A stretch of DNA of 64,000 bases from Leucoraja erinacea (GCF_028641065.1 NC_073383.1:29636001-29700000), one strand, 5' to 3'; positions 36,601 to 50,103 are shown, counted from the first letter of the stretch. Notes: generated from the letters alone by a model not told the origin. Made by a program: numbers and translations.

Positions 36601-37072
36601 TTCGGCATTTTCTGTTTTGCTCAAAATTCCAGCAACTGCAGTTCCTTGTCTCCCTCACAATGTTCCTTTATAACTTTCTATGTATGTTCCTGCAATTGCT
36701 TTTTCAAGCTCGATGTTTTCAGGAGACCCACCACTTGCCACACAAACTCCTCAATATCTAGCATCTGACCTCAACATTTATTTTCTATTAGCTCTTTGGC
36801 AACAATGTTTCCTACTTGCAGCCTCTGATCCTCCATTAACGTACTCCTCCTTTCTTTTGATCTATTGTATACACGTCAATCTAACCATGCTGTTACTAAA
36901 TCCTATGCTAAACATGATTATTGATGCTAAAATATTGTAACATGCAACCTTCAGTATTTTTAGCTTGCAGTTAAATAGTAAATTTTTAGCTATTAAAGAC
37001 TATTCATTTTGAAAAACCTGTGGGGGAAGTAACTTAGTTGTTGCGAGTCTAAAACTCTCTAGCCCCTAACCT

Positions 37073-38085
37073 AGCAATGTTACAACATTTTGAGATTTAA
37101 AAAAATCAAGTCTTTAATTTATCCCACCAGATAAAGCATAAAAAGAAGTTTAATTTGACACCTAATTCACTTTCATATCTTCAGTATTAAAAAAGTTATG
37201 GTCATTTTCATACTCGTAAATTGCTTTTTCATTGACTTAACACAAAAGCTGTGATCGAGAACATTTAAAAGCCCATAACTTTCTTAAAATTTAAGAGAAC
37301 TGACATTTTCAGTTATTATAGATGGAAGCATTCTGAAACAAATATGAAACAATCTTCTTAGATGACGAAATTAAAGCATATAATTAGTTAGTTACCCAAT
37401 TGTAGCTAATTACAAAATTCAATTACTAGATCTAAACATCTATCCAATTCTTAAGAATAGATTAACATTTTTAAATAGCCTAAGTGTCCAAATAACATTC
37501 ACACAAGAATTCAGAATATAACATAATTTTTAAATCTCATTGTTATGGGTTTATAGGCCAAATGGAAGGAATTTAATGTTTAATACCTGTAAATGAATGG
37601 CCATTTAAATCAACTTGCTTGTGGGAATTTCTGGAACGGGACCATTTGGAACGCTGAGGTTGCGGTGATTTTAGTCTTCCATATCGGTTCTTCGGGGGGG
37701 GGGAAATCACCGTTTCACAACTTAAAATGTGAATTAAATACATCTTAAGAAACACTTTTATACATAAAAATAAACTACTTTCTTTTACCTGTCCCCTACA
37801 TAAAATCCGGCCCCGTTGTCTGCATTGACGGCTTCAGAAGGTGATTTTAAAATCACTCCAGCGATTAATTTGTCGGTGCAAATTTTTTTTAAAAACACAC
37901 AGAACGGCCGTCGGAACGATTCTTTAGCAAAATCTTGCACTCGAACAAATACAATCCAGGACCAGGTCGGAAAAAAAAAAGTGTTTTAACCCCCCCCCCC
38001 CCCCGCCCCTCAAACGTGCCAAAATCACGCACACGGCCAGTGGCAGAATTGCAGCGCCGCTGAAGGTAAGTATTGTAACATACCT
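37073..38085. mobile_element. Unclassified non-autonomous DNA transposon
   Basis: AGCAATGTTACAA / TTGTAACATACCT (13-bp TIR, 2 mismatches), ACCT on both flanks. Confidence 0.5.
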
Positions 38086-38400
38086 ACCTAACCCCCTTTC
38101 CCCAATTGACACAATTGTTTTTATCATGAGATTTTCTAGAACATGAGATTTCTAGGGAATGCAACTGTATCGTTTATAACAGTACCTACATTTTATTGAA
38201 TGAAATTCAAGAACCTCCTTGGTGTAGGTCAAATGAACCTAAAATATTAAAAGGCTTTGAACATTCACAAAGATCATTCATTTTATAGTTCATTTTATTT
38301 TAATAATTTCCATTGTTTTCAATGTAATGAAATGTATACAAGTGTAGCTGGCAAAACAACAAATGAAACTTTTTTTTCTTCTCTCTGCCTTTCCCAGCAG

Positions 38401-38435
38401 CTCAACTGAAAAATCCTTCCATTGGAGGCCAACAG
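38401..38435 (+). CDS. PKP4: Plakophilin-4 35-nt exon
   Basis: Polypyrimidine tract plus CAGCAG|CTCA...ACAG|GTatt; phase 2 to 1; STEKSFHWRPT (human STEKSFPWRST). Confidence 0.9.
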
Positions 38436-38739
38436 GTATTAGCAGTGTACTTTGCAGTTGTAATTTTGTTTTTGCTTGTAGGATCTTCGTATAAATGCAG
38501 TTGATAAATTTGATAAATAAATGTTGCATTGTTGGAACTTTGTGTTGCATGCGTTCATTTTAATCAGGGTGCAGTTGTTTGGGGTGTTTAATGTACCTGT
38601 GCAGGGAGTTTTGGCCAATGCAGTGAGGGAATGGTGATCTATTTCTGATTTAAAGACTATCATTTTTTTAATTCAACTGGCGCAAGAAAACATCAATGTT
38701 TTTAGTACTATTATATATCTCATTTTTAAATGTGCTGTA

Positions 38740-39205
38740 AGTTTATTATTGTCATGTGGTCCAGGTATAGTTAAAAGCTTTGTTTTACATGCTATCCAAA
38801 CAGAACAGATGTACCATACATAAATACAATCGTCAAACTCATGTAATAGGTGGAGTAAAAGGGAAGATACAGAGTGCAGAATATAGTTTTCAGCATTGTA
38901 GCGCAACAGTTCCATAGACAAAGTCCAATGTCCACAATGCAGTAGAGATGAATAGGACTGTATCCTAGCTAATGGAAGGACCATTCAGAAGCCTGATAAC
39001 AGAAGGGAAAAAGCTGCCCCTGAGTCTAGTGGTGCATGCTTTCAATCTCCTCTATCTTCTGCCTGATGGGAGCAGGGAGAAGAAGGAACGACCAGGGTAA
39101 AGCAAGTCATTGATCATGTTGGCTGCATTTCTGAGGCAGCATGAAGTATAGATGGAGTCAATGGTGGGAAGTCTGGTCTGTGTGGGCTACAGCTACAACT
39201 CTCTG
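38740..39205 (-). mobile_element. Rex1/Babar-like LINE 3' fragment
   Basis: Homologous to 28905-29330. Confidence 0.65.
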
Positions 39206-39529
39206 TTATACATGGTTTGGGTTTAACTGGTAATTCCTGATAAAGCACTTTTGGTAAATGCAAAAAATATATATTTTGCACTTAATCAGCAGTAGATTAC
39301 AGGGTTCAATAACACATGAACAATGCTCTTGTCAGATTGCCTCCCAGGGGAACAAGTCAAAACAAAACAAAATGGTGAAGTAACTCAGCAGGACAGGCAA
39401 CATCTCTGGAGAACATGGATAGGTGAACAAGTCATAAGACTTCCATTGACGCTGCAGTCTTACTTGCATTTTTCAGTAATTACTGATTGACAGATTGGAC
39501 ATTGTTCACGATTTCCTGAGCCGTTTTCA

Positions 39530-40020
39530 ATATTTTGGTCACCCTGCTACGGGTAGGATGTCATTAAGCTGGAAAGGGGGCAGAGAGAAACTATGAGGAG
39601 GTTGTCAGGACTTAAGGTCCTGAAATATATAGGGAGAGACTGGGCAAGTTAGGACTTTATTCTTTGGAGCATAGGAGGCTAAGTGGTGATCTTATAGAGA
39701 TATATAAAATCATGAAGGGAAATGATAGGGTGAATGCGCAGTCTTTTACCCAGGATAGAGAAATCGAGAACCAGAGGAGATAGGTGTAAAGTGAAAGGGG
39801 AAATATTTAATAGTAACCTGAGAGGTGCCATTTTCACTCAGAAGGTGGTGATTATATGGAACGAACTGTCAAAGGAGATAGTAAAATAACAATATTTCAA
39901 AAGCATGGATAGAAAAGATTTAGTGAGATATGGGCTAAACACGGGCAAATGGGACTAGCTTAAATAGGCAATCTTGGTTGGCTGGGACAAGTTAGGATGA
40001 AGGGCCTGTTTCCATGACTA
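39530..40020 (+). mobile_element. Old CR1 3' fragment
   Basis: Degenerate LGLYSLE...RGDLIE...TRG motifs and CR1-type tail. Confidence 0.65.
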
Positions 40021-40190
40021 TAAAACTATTTAATTTGAGTAAATTACTGTTCATCCAGTATAAGACCTGCAATCTGAAAATGTAGATTGCATCTCTAAGT
40101 GTCCAAAGTTCAAAGTTTTTTATTAATATGAGACTGTGATCCACAAATGCTGATGGCAGGGCAAACTCACAATAGTTGAATAGTCACATA

Positions 40191-40480
40191 ATTTAGTTTA
40201 GAGATTCAGTGTGGAAACAGGCCCTTCAGCTCACCGAGTCCACGCCAAACTACAATCACCCATACTCTAGTTCTATCCTACACCCGAGGGACAATATACC
40301 GAGGCCAATTAACCTACAAACTTGCACATTTTTGGAATGTGGGAGGAAACTGTGGCCCCCGGAGAAAGTCCATGTGGTCACATGGAGAACGTACAAACTC
40401 CGTACAGACAGCACCCTTGATCATGATCGAACCTGGGTCTTAGGCGCTGTAAGGCAGCAACTCTACCGCCGCGCCGGCCC
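40191..40480 (-). mobile_element. HE1-like SINE
   Basis: TTTAGTTTAGAG tail through GTAAGGCAGCAACTCTACCG head. Confidence 0.7.
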
Positions 40481-41227
40481 CAACTATTTGGCAAGTCAGC
40501 TTTGTCAGGGGCAAATTGAATAGAAAAATTATCCTTCAATGGGCATACAGGACATTTCAGTTTGCTGCTCATAAGGAAACTACAATGAAGGATATCATAA
40601 GAAGTACAGACAGCTGTTCTGGGCTTGTGTAAAGCAGTCAAGCTTGGGAGAGTTGCAGTAGATCAGCACCATTGCAACATGAAATAGATACTTACCCCTA
40701 AGATTTGTTGCACCATTCAATAATATCATAGTTGATCCGGGGCCTGACTCATTATACAGATTAGTTTGTCATACATACCAGGGTGCAATACAATTCCTAG
40801 TTCATATGAAACTCACAGTGTGAACAGTATACATTAATGATAAATGTAAGTGCAAAACAGCAATTGGGATGGGGTTGTCTTCGCCTCTCGTTTGATTGTG
40901 TCAACAACCAGCTCTATCTAAATAAAGGCTAGCTTATTAATTGGTTTAAATGTTATTAGGTGCCTAAATATCTTGGAATATTAAAGTTGAAAAAAAAAAG
41001 ATTTTTCAATAGATAAAATCATGGGTATTCCTTTTTGCAAGCATTCAATATATGGATCTTCCCCATTGATGCATTGATTGAGGATATGACCATTTCTAAA
41101 TCTATTTCTCATCATAGTGTATAGCACACCACATTGCCAATTGAAATGCATTACACCAAAATACCAATGATGTCTTTCTCCTAACCTTCAATTTATTTAA
41201 AAAATGTTACAGGAACTCACCCCTTGC

Positions 41228-41228
<1 letters not shown>

Positions 41229-41293
<65 letters not shown>

Positions 41294-42475
41294 CAATAAT
41301 AAACTTTATTACTGACTCGAGGTCCAGACAATGGGCAACATTACATAAAAAAATGCATCGCATATTAAAAAATATCATAGAGTACATATAAAATCTTAGT
41401 ATATCACTTATAAAAGCATCATAAATTATATATATTTTAAAAACACAATACATAAGTTAAAAATCCAGATTTAAAAAATGATCAATGTCCTACAACGAGA
41501 CAACGATACCAGTGTCTCCACAGCTGGGATCCGTAGTGTGCAGCGCTAACCCTTATGTTTGACAAGGCCACAATAATTACATTTTTAGAGTCATTTATCC
41601 TGCAAATGAATTGATACATGTGATTTCTTAGGATAGCTTCTAAAGTACTGACTCCTGCAGCCACAAACATATTACTGGCACTACACCACCTAGGTTTCCG
41701 TAGCAGTGTTCTCATGGCATCGTTATATGCCACCTTTGGTCTCTGCAAACTTGTCTTTCCATAGTTCGACCACAGGTGCGCAGTGTAGAGTGGTGTGCAG
41801 TATGCTCTAAATAGCGACATCTTCACCACATCTGCACACGCACCAAATTTACGCAAGAGAATATCCGCCTGTGCATATAGCATGCGTCGTTGCCTATAAC
41901 TAACCTCATCATCTGTCATTTGTTCTGTAATAATATACCCTAGATATTTAACCTTATTACAGACACTAAGATTATTGTCAGACAATTTAAAATCAGGAAA
42001 TTTTAGACATTTATCCTCTTTGGTTCTACAGATCATAACAGCACTCTTACTAGCATTATATTTAATGTCATGGTCCACACCATACACAGAATATATAGTA
42101 AGGAGCTGCTGGAGACCAGCGCTAGATGGACTAAAGACCACAAGATCATCTGCATACATAATATGGTTCACTAAAATATTACCAATCATGCACCCAGTGT
42201 TACAGGCTTTCAATTGTTTAGACAGATCAATATATAGATTAAAAAGGACTGGGGACAAAATTCTCCCTTGTCTAACACCATTGCTAACCCCAAATGGGTC
42301 TGAGACCCTATTGCCCCATTTTATTTGCATAGTCTGGTGGGCATACGAGTAGGCCAGAATTCTAACAATGTATTTAGGCACCCCTCTTTGACTCATTTTA
42401 CCAAACAGCCTTCTGTGATTAACACGGTCAAAGGTTTTGGAAGCATCAATAAAGCACATAAGGATTGAAGAGTTT
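41229..42475 (-). mobile_element. 5'-truncated RTE-X-like non-LTR retrotransposon with an uninterrupted RT reading frame and (TTA)n tail
   Basis: CFIDASKTFDRVNH, NGVRQGRILSPVLFNLY, IMYADDLVV, KYLGY; stop at 41482; (AAT)n at 41229-41303 on the + strand. Confidence 0.8.
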
Positions 42476-45400
42476 GAGGAATGGTTGTGATTAAAAGCAC
42501 TGTCTTCCAGAAATAAAGCAAAAATAAACGGGGGAAATAAACACATTGCCTCCTAAGGCACAGGCCCAGAATATCAATTGCTTGGATGTTGCCTGACATT
42601 AGTATCTTCCCCAAAAGAGCCAGTGAAAACTTGTAAACGGAGTCTCTACCACTGGGTTCTCTGTCAAGTAAAATAGCAGAGTACAGTGACTGATCTGACC
42701 CACTGAATGTGTCAGAAAATCCCGCACTCACAGCTCTGGATTCTAATTATCAGCACTTAAGTTTGAAAGGGTAAATGTTGAAAGTTCATTTTGGTTTGGA
42801 ACAGCCAGCCACAGGCTGCACAGCTCAGCACAAAGTGTACATTAACAAAATCTTTAATTAAAGACTGAAGGAAATTTCCAAAAGCAGATGTTTAACTAAC
42901 CTCGTTCATAATTCCTTGCTGAAGGCCACGGGTCTATATTTGGGAGGACAAGGTAATTGCTGCAAGTTCAGTTCCTTAATTACCAGGTCCATCTCTTCTC
43001 TGTGGATGAAACAGACCACATTTTCATCATACTTTACTTCAGTTGACTTCAATGTCTGTTTCTACTTCCATAACATTGCCTGACTTCTTGCCTTCCTCGG
43101 CTCATCTGGTACTGAAATCATCATTCATGTATTAGTGACATTTAGATTCATGGCTGCCACCCTCTTGTAAACAGACGGCAAAACTCTGCTTTCTATGTCC
43201 TAATTTACAACGCCGCATTCACACATCACTCATATAACACTGAATGCTGTATTCAACGGTTCTAGGATCTACTCTCCAAAACTGTAATAAAGCATACAGC
43301 ATAGAAACAGGCCCCTCAGCCCAACTTGCCTACCAAGATGCCCCATCTACACTACAGTTACCCTGGGACCTGCCCACGTTTGGCCTATATCTCTCTAAAC
43401 CTTTCCTATAAACCCATCCTTCTACATCACGATTATTTGGCCTTCAACAAGGAATTATAAAGTTAGGAATTATGAAATGAGGTTAGTTAAATATCTGCTT
43501 TTGGGAATTTGCTTCAGTCTTTAATTAAAAGATTGTTCCTGTCCATATACCTTTTAAATGTTGTTTTAGTACAAGCCTCAATTACCTCTCAGATTAAATC
43601 TATGTCCCTTGGTGCTTAATTCCCATACTCTGGGTAAAATATCCCAAATCCAAATTCTAGCCAGTTGAGTGTTGTTGGTTTTAATTCTTCTTAGGCAGAC
43701 TGTTGAAATTGAGATGACTAGTTTCTACTCAGCTACATGTGTTCCATGGTGGTTGATGGGTTCAAAATGAGACTGCAGATTCTTCTACAAATTGGGCCAG
43801 AGATGCTTCATGGGGTAGGTAGTTGGTGAGGTGATGCACTCCTTCCACTGCTTACATAGCATGCTCCCATTGCATGATTCTCATCAATTCAGAGAAGCAA
43901 TGGGCTAGGAATTCCCAAGAGTCAGTGGTGACATCACCAAGGCTGCCTGCATGCCCAACACTGAATCTGGAAAATCTTTGTTCTTGCACGCTGGGACAAA
44001 ACTGGTGGTCTACAAGACAGGAGTGATCCCAGCCTTCCTCTGTGCTTTTGAGAGGACAATGATGAATTTGGAGGATTTTGCATTGTGATTTTACAGTGCA
44101 TGTTGTACGTAATCCAGCTCAGAGACATAAACCACAAGTTTTGTTCCAAATTAGTAATCTTAATCTTCAAATAATCCGGTGTGTTAACAGTGAGTTGATG
44201 CCCGCCTTCACTGAAATTGGCTCCCGAATCTGGGAATGATGTGCCTCTACAGCTCTTGCTGTGAATTTGTATTGTCTGAGGGTAGTGTGGTGTAATGGCA
44301 GCATCTTTGTTGGTTCAGACAATCAATGCAAGGCTCATCCTCTTATTTTGCTTCTGTGAACAATGGCTTGGAGCTTGGCCTCTGGGCATGCACAATTGTA
44401 AGCATTATCAATGTTCTCCTGCTCATCTACTGAGACACCAGTGACCTTGGTTCTGGAGTGAAGTAGCTGAAAAATAGTTCCACAATTGACTATCATTTGT
44501 TCAGTTGTCAAAGCCCTCAGGACTGGAATTCCTGATTTAAACCATGGCACCTCAATCTCCTCCTCTCCTTTCACACACTCCTTTAAAAGTGCATCTGACC
44601 AGGTCATCTCCCGTATGCCTCAATTGAAATTTATGAACACTCCTTTAAATGTCCAAAGTTCAATGTTTTTAATTAATATGAGAATAAACGTACTAGTAGT
44701 TGGATGGAAGCCATATGTGTTAGCAACTGAGAATTCTTCAGTTTAGAGATACAGAATGGAAACTGACCTTTCCACCGAGTCCATGCCGACCATCGATCAC
44801 CTGTTCACACTTTAATTCTTTAACCCAACATTTAGCAGGTCAATGATATCCAATTTAAATTGTAGTAACAGTTCTTCAGGAACCCAGACATCAACACAAG
44901 AAACTGCAGATGCCTGAATCCTGCATAGAAGACAAAGTGCTGGAGTAACTCAGTGGGTCAAGCAGTATGTATGAAGGACATGGATAAGTGTTCTCCAGAG
45001 AGGCTGCCTGACCCGCTGCTACCTCCAGCATTTATGGGGTTTTTTTACCTCTAACAAAGTTGTGTTCCCTTGGTATGGGATAGTATGAAGCGAACACTAC
45101 TTTGTTAGATATCAATGTGGATTTTAGGTCTAAAATGTATTTGTTAGATATCAATGTAGACATTGGGCCAGCAGTGTCTGGGCTAGGACTAGACCTATGA
45201 TTATGATTCCAGTTTCGCAGCTGACATTTGTTGTTGATGAAGTGGGTGATTATTCAACCCAAAACTGGGAGGTTTTTAAAAGTAAAAGAGTTAAGGGCTG
45301 GCATATTACTGTGAAGGGGAAGGGGAAGGCTGGGTCTTTTGACCCTGGAGTGTAGGGCGCTAAGGCCTAATAATACCATCAAAATTGACCTTGGTCCAAT

Positions 45401-46169
45401 TTAGAACTTCAGCATTTGGACCAGTCTTACCATATCCATAGTTATTTTAAAACCAATAGAATCACTGGTCCCACAGTGCTCCCCCAGTAATACATCAGTC
45501 ATCTGCCTTGCTGTATTTCCCAAGAGGAGATTGAAGTTAGTCCCTTCCCTTGACATATTGACTGAGTAGATTTTCCTGAACACACAATAAATTCCACCGT
45601 AAGTAAGCCCTGAGTGCTATAGCAGTCCTGGTCAATATTTGGAAAGTTATAACCCTTGTAGGGCTTTATAAAATCACGAGGAACATAGATCAGGAGAATA
45701 GCTGCAGTCTTTTCCCAGGGAAGTCAGTCAAGAGGGCATAGGTTTAAGGTAAGAGTAGAAAGATTTAAAAGGAACCTAACTTTTTCGCATAGTGTGGTGG
45801 ATATATGGAAAGGGTTGCGGAGGGAGTGGTAAGGTGTGTACAATTACAAAATGTAAGTCATTTGAACAATTACTTGGCCAAGAAAGGTTTGGAGAGATTT
45901 GGCACTTCTGCCAAATATGGAATAGTATCCATCAACTTTTCCCTGTGTTCATTGCAAACATGATTTCCTATTGGCTTATTCACTGATTTATTCCCACACC
46001 ATCCCTCAGATTCATATCCATAATTTCCTACCTTTGTATAGAAGTCAAAAGAGCAAGAGCTACACAGTAGTGGTGCCGTGAAATTTCAATGATTGATAGC
46101 ATAGTGACAGTGTAAGAACGGAAAAGTGGAGTCAATTGCTAAAGTGTGTACGAGAACTTTCTTGTTTCT

Positions 46170-47400
46170 GCAGCAAGTGAGCAGCTGAGAGAAGGAGCAG
46201 CGCAAGAGATTTAACACGGAGGCGTTAGCGAGCGGCCAGGTTAGTTTCAACAGCGAGTTAGTAGCTGAGAGGGGGAGCAACGTGGGAGATTTAACACCGA
46301 GCCGTTAGTCTTTGGGAGTGACTGCTCCCACATAGAGTATAAAAGGAAGACAGGGACCAGCAGCGTGGCCGTTTTGGGGAGAGGCTGAGGTGAAGTGCTA
46401 TGTTTTGAGGGTAAGTGCTAAGACTTTGGCCAGGAAGTTGAACGGAGGTCGGGTGTAAGTAAGACAAGGTAAGAATTTGTTTTCCCCCGCCAGTTCCTCT
46501 TTGGTCTGAGTGCAGTGGGGATGGCAGTTAAGGTAGCAGTATGCTCCTTCTGCAGGATGTGGGAGGTCAGGAAATCCTCCCCCTTCCCTGAGGAGCACAT
46601 CAGTTGGAAGTGCGTCCCACTGTAGGCCCTGTGACCACATGAAGGAACAGGAGGCTGAAGCTGAACGTACTCAGGTTCAATTGGAGGCCACATACAAACT
46701 GGAGGAGCAGCACCTCATATCCCGCTTGGGTAACTTACAACTAAACAGTATGAACATTGAATTCTCCAATTTTAGGTAACCTCGAACCAGCCCCCACCCC
46801 CTAAATCCTCCCCCACTTTTCTCCTCCACGCTTACCCCCCCCCCCCCCCCCCACCCTTCCCTCCTCTGTGCCCCACCTGGGCGCCCATCTATTTCTTCCC
46901 CCCCTCCCCCACAACTTTCCTCCCCCTTGCTTCATAATGTTCAACGCTCCAAACCTGTCTCACACCTGTTCTAATCTCTGACCCTTGTTCAACCCATATG
47001 CCTACAACCCCCCCCACCTGCATCCACCTATTATCTGTCCCATGTTGTCCTGCCTCTCTTTTCCAGCTACCTTCTATGCCCCCCTACAATCAGTCTGAAG
47101 AAGAGTCTCGATCTGAAACATCACCTATCCATGTTCTCCAGAGGTGCTGCTTGACCTGCTGAGTTGCTCCAGCACTTTTTTGTCTTAACTATAATCTGCA
47201 GGTTTTTGTTTCTTTATCTGGAAGGCCGATAGCTTCATATAGAACCGTTATGGTGAGGTGGTCACACGTAAGGTGCAGGCGGAAAGTAGATGGGTGACCA
47301 GCAGGATAGGCAGGGAGTGTGGGATTCCCCTGTGGTTAATCCCTTTGAAAAAAAACGAATATCCTTTTGGAAACTGTTGGGTAGGGGGTGACCGTGCAGG
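46170..47400 (+). mobile_element. CR1 5' end/ORF1 fragment interrupted by a Penelope 3' fragment (~46685-47217)
   Basis: MAVKVAVCSFCRMWEVR Zn-finger start; KLEEQHLISRLGNLQ PLE end; pLTR CAGTCTGAAGAAG...GAAAC. Confidence 0.6.
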
Positions 47401-47565
47401 AAACATCAACCCTTCTTCACCTGGATCCACCTAATGCTTGCCAGTGCTTGCCTTATTCTAACCCCCTGCCCCCTTATATTGGCTATCTCCTCTTTACTTT
47501 TTCAGCCCAGATGAAGGGTCCCAACCTGAAACGTCTGCCTGACCCACTGAATTCCTCCAGCAGCT

Positions 47566-47862
47566 AATTTAGTTTAGAGATACAGCGTGGAAATAGGCCC
47601 TTCAGACCAGCATGGAAACAGGTCCTTCCTGCCAACCAGCGATCACTGGTACACTAGTTATATCTTACAAACTAGGGACAATTTACAGAAGCCAAATAAC
47701 CTACAGATCTGCATGTCTTTAGAAAGCGAGATGAAACTGAGGGACCTGGAAAAAACCAACGTGGTCACAGGAAGATCATACAAACTACTCTCGGACAGCA
47801 ACCATTGTCAGGATCGAACCTCGGGTCTCTGGTGCTGTACCGTTGAGCCACTGTGCTGCCCT
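47566..47862 (-). mobile_element. HE1-like SINE
   Basis: Same head and tail as other copies. Confidence 0.65.
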
Positions 47863-48686
47863 CTGCAGTTTGTTGCTCCAAGTTACAGCCCCTGCAGTCT
47901 CTTGTGTCTCCACTAAAATACTTTGCATCACCATTAAAACATCTCATATTGAAATGGAAAAGCACAAAAAGACAATTACATGCATAAAGTTAGTCATTGT
48001 TAGATTTAGTTAAACTATATATTAAAAAAAAGAAAAGATGCTAGTTTAAATTATTTTCAAGAAACAATTTCACTGAATTGTGGGATGATCCAAGAACAAA
48101 ACATCCATAAGCAGCTTACATCTTAGGTGGTTTGGCTAAGAGGAGGGAGTTTTTATCTTGATCTTGATGTCAGTTTGTGATAGGATACTGATCACCAAGA
48201 TGCAGTTTGATCAAGGTCCACAACCAATGTTTTGACACTGTTGGTTCCCGAGCCTTGCTGGATTATCCGTTTTGTTCAACAGTACTGAAACGGTGCACCT
48301 AGGCTGCTGAAGGACTGAGATACCGGCCTGCAAAGTCAGCTCCGGAGGTTGGCTGTGGGAACAGATCTGCCAGCTTCAGCCAGGTCGGAGTTCCAGAGCC
48401 CCGGCCGCAGAGGGCAAATTTGACCCACTGATCGGTGTGGAAGGCCTGATGAGGTCAAGTTCGACCACCTCACCTGGACTAGGCCACATTTTCGGTGGGA
48501 CTTCCGGGAGAGGGTGGGGGTGGGTTTCAACTTCGCTCTTGTGATTTTGTCCAGATTAATAGAAGTGCGGGATCATCAGTCGAAAAATCAGTAGTGGACC
48601 TGTATATTAACTTTTTAAATAGTATAGTACATTTCTGCAAAAAGTCTTTATTTTTGAAGAGCTCTAACTCGCATCTTTTCTTGCAG

Positions 48687-48818
48687 AAGAACTAACAGGA
48701 GGAATAAATCGATGTAGAGTTTCGGAAAGCGCACATCCCCATTCCTTTACTATTGAGACAGGACGTAAACAATTGCCAATTCTCGGAAGTGAACAAACAT
48801 CCCTTCGTGAAAGTGAGG
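48687..48818 (+). CDS. PKP4: Plakophilin-4 132-nt exon
   Basis: ttttcttgcAG|AAGAA...GAGG|GTctg; phase 1 to 1; ends EQTSLRESE (human EQTSLHESE). Confidence 0.88.
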
Positions 48819-48963
48819 GTCTGTTGTATATGAATTTTAAGTATCAAGAGCGTGTCAGCATTTTAGATATTTAAAAAAAATGTTTTTGCAACAAAATGCG
48901 TTTTAATTTTTCCTCTAGTTCACTTTTACGTTAACCAAATATACGTATCTGCTTTAACTGCAG

Positions 48964-49160
48964 GATCTATCGGAAACTCGCGAAGCTCTACGCAAATGAA
49001 CTCCTATTCTGATAGTGGTTACCAGGACACGGGCAGTTACTACAGCAGCCAGAATTTGATCAAGACTATCCCAAGAAGTCTACACGAACCTGTTCATATT
49101 AGCACCAACAGTAATCACCTAATCCGAAATTCTAGGCCGGAGGGACAGACAATAGGCCAG
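48964..49160 (+). CDS. PKP4: Plakophilin-4 197-nt exon
   Basis: ctgcAG|GATCT...CCAG|GTact; phase 1 to 0; GSIGNSRSSTQMNSYSDSGYQD...LIRNSRPEGQTIGQ. Confidence 0.93.
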
Positions 49161-49174
49161 GTACTATAGCTTTA

Positions 49175-50103
49175 AGGGGCTGTCCCACTGCAGCGACCTA
49201 ATCCGCGAGTTCGGACGAGTTTGCCCTCGACTCATACTCGCAGTATGGTCAACACAAGGTCCTAGGAGGTCTTTGTAACTCTCCTTCATGCTCGAGAGTA
49301 GTCCCCGCGTACTCGAGGTCTCAGCTAGGTCGCGGCGTATTTTTCAACATGTTGAAAAATGTCCGCGAGTATAAAAAGGTCGACATGGAAAAAATCAATA
49401 CTTTTTTTATTCGTAGGTTTAGTCGAAGTAGGTCGTGGTAGGTCGGCATGTTATTCGTAGGTAATCGACGGTAGTCGAAGGTAGTCGTAGATAGTCTTCA
49501 ACATAGTCGAAAAGAGGTCAATAGACAATAGGTGCAGGAGTAGGCCATTTGGCCCTTCGAGCCAGCACCGCCATTCAATGTGATCTTGGCTGAAAATCCC
49601 CAATCAGTACCCCATTCCTGCCTTCTCCCCTTATCCCCTGACTCCGCTACCTTTAAGAGCCCTATCTAGCTCTCTCTTGAAAGTATCCAGAGAACCGGCA
49701 GAGGCAGAGAATTCCACAGACTCACAACTCTGTGAACAAAAGTGTTTCCTCGTCTCCGTTCTAAATGGCTTATCCTTTATTCTTAAACTGTGGCCCCTGG
49801 TTCTGGACTCCCCCAACATCGGGAACATGTTTCCTGCCCCTAGCGTGTCCAAACCCTTAACAATCTTATATATTTCAATAAGATACCCTCTCATACTTCT
49901 AAACTCCAGAGTGTACAAGCCCAGCCGCTCCATTCTCTCAGGATCGCCTCAGGAAGGATATCGAAGGAGGTCGTCTTTACTCTCCAATTTTCCCGAAGCT
50001 AGTCGAAGCTAGTCTTCAACATAGTCGAAGGAGGTCTTCAACATGACATTTTTTCAACCTCTTCTAAACTCGCCAATTAGGTTGCCGCAGTGGGACAGCC
50101 CCT
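49175..50103. mobile_element. Harbinger-like MITE copy 2 containing a CR1 3' fragment (~49519-49939, minus strand)
   Basis: TTA|AGGGGCTGTCCCACTGC ... GCAGTGGGACAGCCCCT|TTA (perfect TIR, TTA TSD). Confidence 0.85.

Noticed and set aside
41217-41453. Poly-Ile ORF
   Set aside because: Translation of the (TTA)n retrotransposon tail
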